64,000 nucleotides of DNA. It comes from Eledone cirrhosa. Taxonomy: Eukaryota. Under the pieces are notes generated by a model. That model was not told where the DNA came from, did not search any database, and worked only from the letters and a program-made list of their open reading frames with translations. The stretch spans positions 53,754,001 through 53,818,000 of the forward strand of contig OZ024749.1 of the NCBI GenBank assembly GCA_964016885.1, given 5' to 3'. A program made the translations under genes and the position numbers. Of this stretch, positions 59,777 through 64,000 are shown one piece after another (position 1 is the stretch's first letter; each line of letters begins with the position of its first letter).

Positions 59777-62700
59777 CTACTTTAAATGTTCTCGATTACT
59801 GCCAGGTCTAGTTGGTCGTACAGCTTTCAGTAAATTATAGTTGAAATATGTACAGTAATCACTGGAAATAAATGGAATGTAAAATGCTCGGAATATTCGG
59901 TGAGATCTGAAAATTAAGAAAAAGAAAAGAAGATAATTAACATTAACAACAGAGTAATTAATTAATTATAATATAATAATAATAATGGTTTGTGATTTAG
60001 GCACAAGGCCAACAATTTTATGTTATCGACCTAGTAAGGATGAAAATTATTGTGTACAGTGCTCAGGTGCACTACAATAAAATTAAAATAACAAAAGAGT
60101 GGAAGGTTACTCTTTGCCAATAGCTTATATATATGTGTGTGTGTGTATATATATATATATAGAGAGAGAGAAACTACTTACAGTTGTGGATATAGAAATT
60201 TTGATGATACTAAAACTTTCCACTCCTGATTTTTTTCGGAGTATTTTGGCTCCAGTTTAGTATCTGTAGGCACATCTAGGTCTATCAAATAATGGCACTT
60301 ACTTATGTTAATCTACAATGACACAAATAATGTAAGAATTGAAGAAAAAACCCAATAAATCACTGGTGAGATTATTTCTTTATAGGGATTCAATCATCTA
60401 CATAGGTGTAAGTATGGCTGTGGGGTTAAGAAGTTTACTTTGCAACCATGTAGGACCAGGTTTTCATTGCACTGCATCGTACCTCAGACAAGTGTCTTCA
60501 TTCTAGCTTCACAAGACTGGAGTGGAAGGCACATGCCTGAGGTGTTACATAATGGAATTGAATAGAAAAGCACATAGTTATGAAGCAAACATATTAACCA
60601 CAAAGCTGATGACTCAATCAGCTGAGAGGAGATAGATTAAGTCATCATCATTGTAATCACAATCAAACAATCTTCACAAAGTGTCTCCACAATTCATGAC
60701 ATTCTATTGATCCTGGCAACTGCTCTCTACTGAGGTTTGTATCATCTGAGAGTTGATTGATGAAGGTTCGAGTAGGTCATACTCTACTGTGTCTCCCATG
60801 AGTTCCCACAATAGTAACTTGTGTATAACTTCCTCTACTGTGTCTCCCATGAGTTCCCACAATAGTAACTTGTGTATAACTTCCTCTACTGTGTCTCCCG
60901 AGACTTGGTTCCCACAGTAGTAGTTTGTATATAACTTGACTAAGTAGTAAAAAAAAAGGAGTGATTTTACTTACATAGCGAGTTGACTCTTCCAAATTCA
61001 TGTTATTCATATGTGAAGGGATTGTTGAAGTTGAATCGGGTCCCTGATAATACGGTTTTGGTAACTGACCTTTGAATTCCGACTTGATGAAGCGTAAATG
61101 CCACCTGGTGAAAAGAAGAAAAAAATGCTGGTAAAATTTCAGACAATCTGACATAAATATTATCTCTAAAGATTTGTTCTATAACGGATCCACTATTTTT
61201 GTTACATTATGTTCCAAACATCATATTAATAACGAGAAGTTAGTTAATTGAATATTGATAATTTTGAAAGTACCCACATGCCTGGGTATGTGGTTAGAAT
61301 GTCTCATGAAAGAATCATTGGACAGATTTTATGGGCAAAACCAACCTGCAGAAGACCGAGGGGTAGACCTCGAGCAAGATGGTTGGATAACATCCCTGAA
61401 TTTGGCTGATCTCACTTGGGAATCCAGCCAAATCAATTGGAGATGGTTGCTTCAGACAAGGAGCACTTGAGGACTCTATTCCCCCATGACCCTCTTAGGA
61501 ATAAGCAGGCAAAGAAGAAGATTGGCAATATCTTTCGTTAGAAATAGAATAATGCAAAATTTTACTTACTTTTCATTGGGAAGAAAAAAACTGCTTGGAA
61601 AACGATACCATTCTTTGCCTATACAAACATTGACCTGTTTATCTGTGGATATCGTATGGATGTCTGGTTTAGTAGCAATCTGATTCAACTCCAAATATAT
61701 ATCCATTGGGGCATGATAACCTTCAAAGAGATAATTAGGAAAATAACTAACCATTTTAAAGACAGTTTTCCTGCTGAAAATACCTCCAAAATGTCTTGCC
61801 CAACCCATGTTAGCATGTAAAAGTGGATGTAAATACGATGATGATGTTGATGGTGGTATGTTTTTTTTTACCTTGATAAAGCTGCAAAGTTCTGGACAGG
61901 GAAAGAACGGTGAAAATTCCAGCACAGACTATGGAGATAATATGAAAACTGTCATTGGACGAATATTTCTTGGACGAGAACAGTGAACAGAAAATATCCT
62001 GCAAAGATAAACAATTGGTTGTCTTAAATTCTTTGTCAACTCCAATATTTTTATTTCAAGTATGGTTCATATTTTTTCAGTTTCTTTTTGTTGACTGCTA
62101 AAGAATGGGATATAAACACACAGACACACATACATAGACATATATAGATTTATATATCAACTGGGTAGTGGAGAATCAACATTGAAAACCAACTGGTTGA
62201 TATATCAACAAACTATATCAGATATAACTACACAAGTAAAAGCCTGATGAAATCATATCATATCTGGAACATGACAACTATGTGGAAGCCCATCATATAT
62301 ATGTGTTTGCACCTGTGGTTATGTTTATTCTTTGTTGATATATGGACCAGTTGGAAGACAATATCTCTCACCTTCATATTGATGATTGAAACTGCAGCAC
62401 CAAGGGCAAAAAATGGATAGATTGGATAAAGAAAACGCTCCTCCTGAAAATAGAAAAAAAAGATATAAAGAAAGTATATTTACAGTTTCTAGAGATAATA
62501 ATTTATTTGTCTAACAGGTATATACACACGTCATATATAAAGGTATATATAGAGTAATATAGGGTATATGTATAATAAACATATCTATAGTCTCAGTAAT
62601 AAATGTATTGCTCCTATTATTTTGGGGAGTGCAGACGTTCATAATCTTCTGATAAGTTTTTTGAGGGGTGCAACTGCTCTCCCACACCCCCAGCAATATA

Positions 62701-63557
62701 CCCCAGGCCTCAGCATGAATATTTCAAGCTGTGATCATATCAGAGCTGCCCCAAGCTTACTGTAAAATGCTGAGGTGAAACACGTATATATTTATATATA
62801 TATCTATATCTCCATATGCATACATACATATATATTATATCATATATATATATGTGTGTGTGTGTGTATATATATATTGGAATGGAAATATAAAATAGCT
62901 ATTACTAACCTTATGAGGTCTTGTAAAGAATATGATAATCCATATATACATAGGTGCCATAGACAGCCACAGAGGAATACCTGGAATACAACAGATAGAA
63001 TATGTCAGTGATGATACAAACACAAGTTAAGATTCACTGACAATGAATTCTAAGAAAAATTGAATCTTCTTCTTCACCCATTTGTTTCAGAGATGGTCAT
63101 GGAGGCAAAGTCTTCAAACACAATATAGAAATTTCCCAAATGTTGATAGATGTTACTACTTAGGGTTTGCTCTTTTGTAAACCATCAAGGTCAATAAAAT
63201 AAGTAGCAGTAATATATCAGGGGTGTCCAATGAAGAACACCTCCAAAAGAAATAATAATCAACATACCTGGATTCTTTGGTTGTTTACATACAAATTTTG
63301 CCACAAGCTGAAAATAATGAAAAGAAATTCTAATGAATATTTTGTTTATAAACCAAACACCACACATATCTCTTTATTTTCGCTTTTTTTTTTTATGGAC
63401 TACCTTTTATTTTCTCTATCTATCCTTTGTGATCCTGTCTCTATTTTTGTACTCCTGAAGAAGGGCTAAAGCCCGACACATCAAACGTTCTTCCCCCTTT
63501 TCCATATAAAGCATGAAACTAATAAGATTTTTGTACCTGTTTGTTGTTTCCTTGAAC

Positions 63558-63588
<31 letters not shown>

Positions 63589-63776
63589 GCTGACATTAAA
63601 TAATGAGGATGATGAAGTTGGTGGTTGTGATGACGATGATGATGATGATGACAGACTGTAAGACAAAAATAAATATGAAATACTCACAGCTATTGGAAGA
63701 CATATCAGGGCCAAAAGAAATGCAATGTTGAAGTTTAGGAAGCCATTGAGAAAATAGAAAGAAAATGGTTCTGTTC
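59777..63776 (-). CDS. ALG9: Alpha-1,2-mannosyltransferase ALG9, 3' exons; 5' part beyond the window
   Basis: GTEPFSFYFLNGFLNFN, IFFTRPHK|EERFLYPIYP, VNVCIGKEWYRFPSSFFLP, FIKSEFKGQLPK, FRAFYIPF; stop at 59777-59779. Confidence 0.95.
60780..60940. repeat. Intronic minisatellite, 51-bp unit x ~3
   Basis: Repeated CTCTACTGTGTCTCCCATGAGTTCCCACAATAGTAACTTGTGTATAACTTC. Confidence 0.92.
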
Positions 63777-63930
63777 CTGTAAAATAATAATGGTTTCTAA
63801 TTTAGGCACAAGGACAGCAATTTTGGGAGAGGGGAAAGTCGATTAAATCGACCCCAGTGTGTTTCTAGTACTTTATTTTATCAACCCCATAAGGATGAAA
63901 GGCAAAGCCCATGAACTTTTCAGCCTACCC

Positions 63931-63966
<36 letters not shown>

Positions 63967-64000
63967 GTACACACACACACATGATCACACCATTCTTTAT

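Noticed and set aside
62240-62280. CTGATGA...GGAAC hammerhead-like motif
   Set aside because: Stem II and GAAA are not intact

Overview
Eukaryotic, AT-rich, intron-containing animal DNA. The SINE/LINE repertoire suggests an octopod cephalopod (inference from recalled repeat sequences, not verified). Eight protein-coding genes lie in strictly alternating orientation: CCT8 3' end (+), intronless MFAP1 (-), DIPK2A/DIA1-like (+), GNL2 (-), a small 3-exon CENP-W-like gene missing from the ORF track (+), LRRC34 (-), MCCC1 (+) and ALG9 3' part (-). The most notable non-coding features are: (1) a ~1.15-kb tandem amplification in one CCT8 intron carrying six box C/D snoRNA copies whose D' guide is antisense to the 28S rRNA motif AGGGGAAUCCGAC; (2) an apparently intact type I hammerhead ribozyme between the MCCC1 and ALG9 3' ends, plus two degenerate hammerhead-like repeats; (3) a CRE-type retrotransposon endonuclease fragment between 100-bp inverted repeats; (4) inverted LINE-end pairs in GNL2 introns; (5) a tandemly repeated splice donor in MCCC1. 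All identifications are by eye; no database searches were run.
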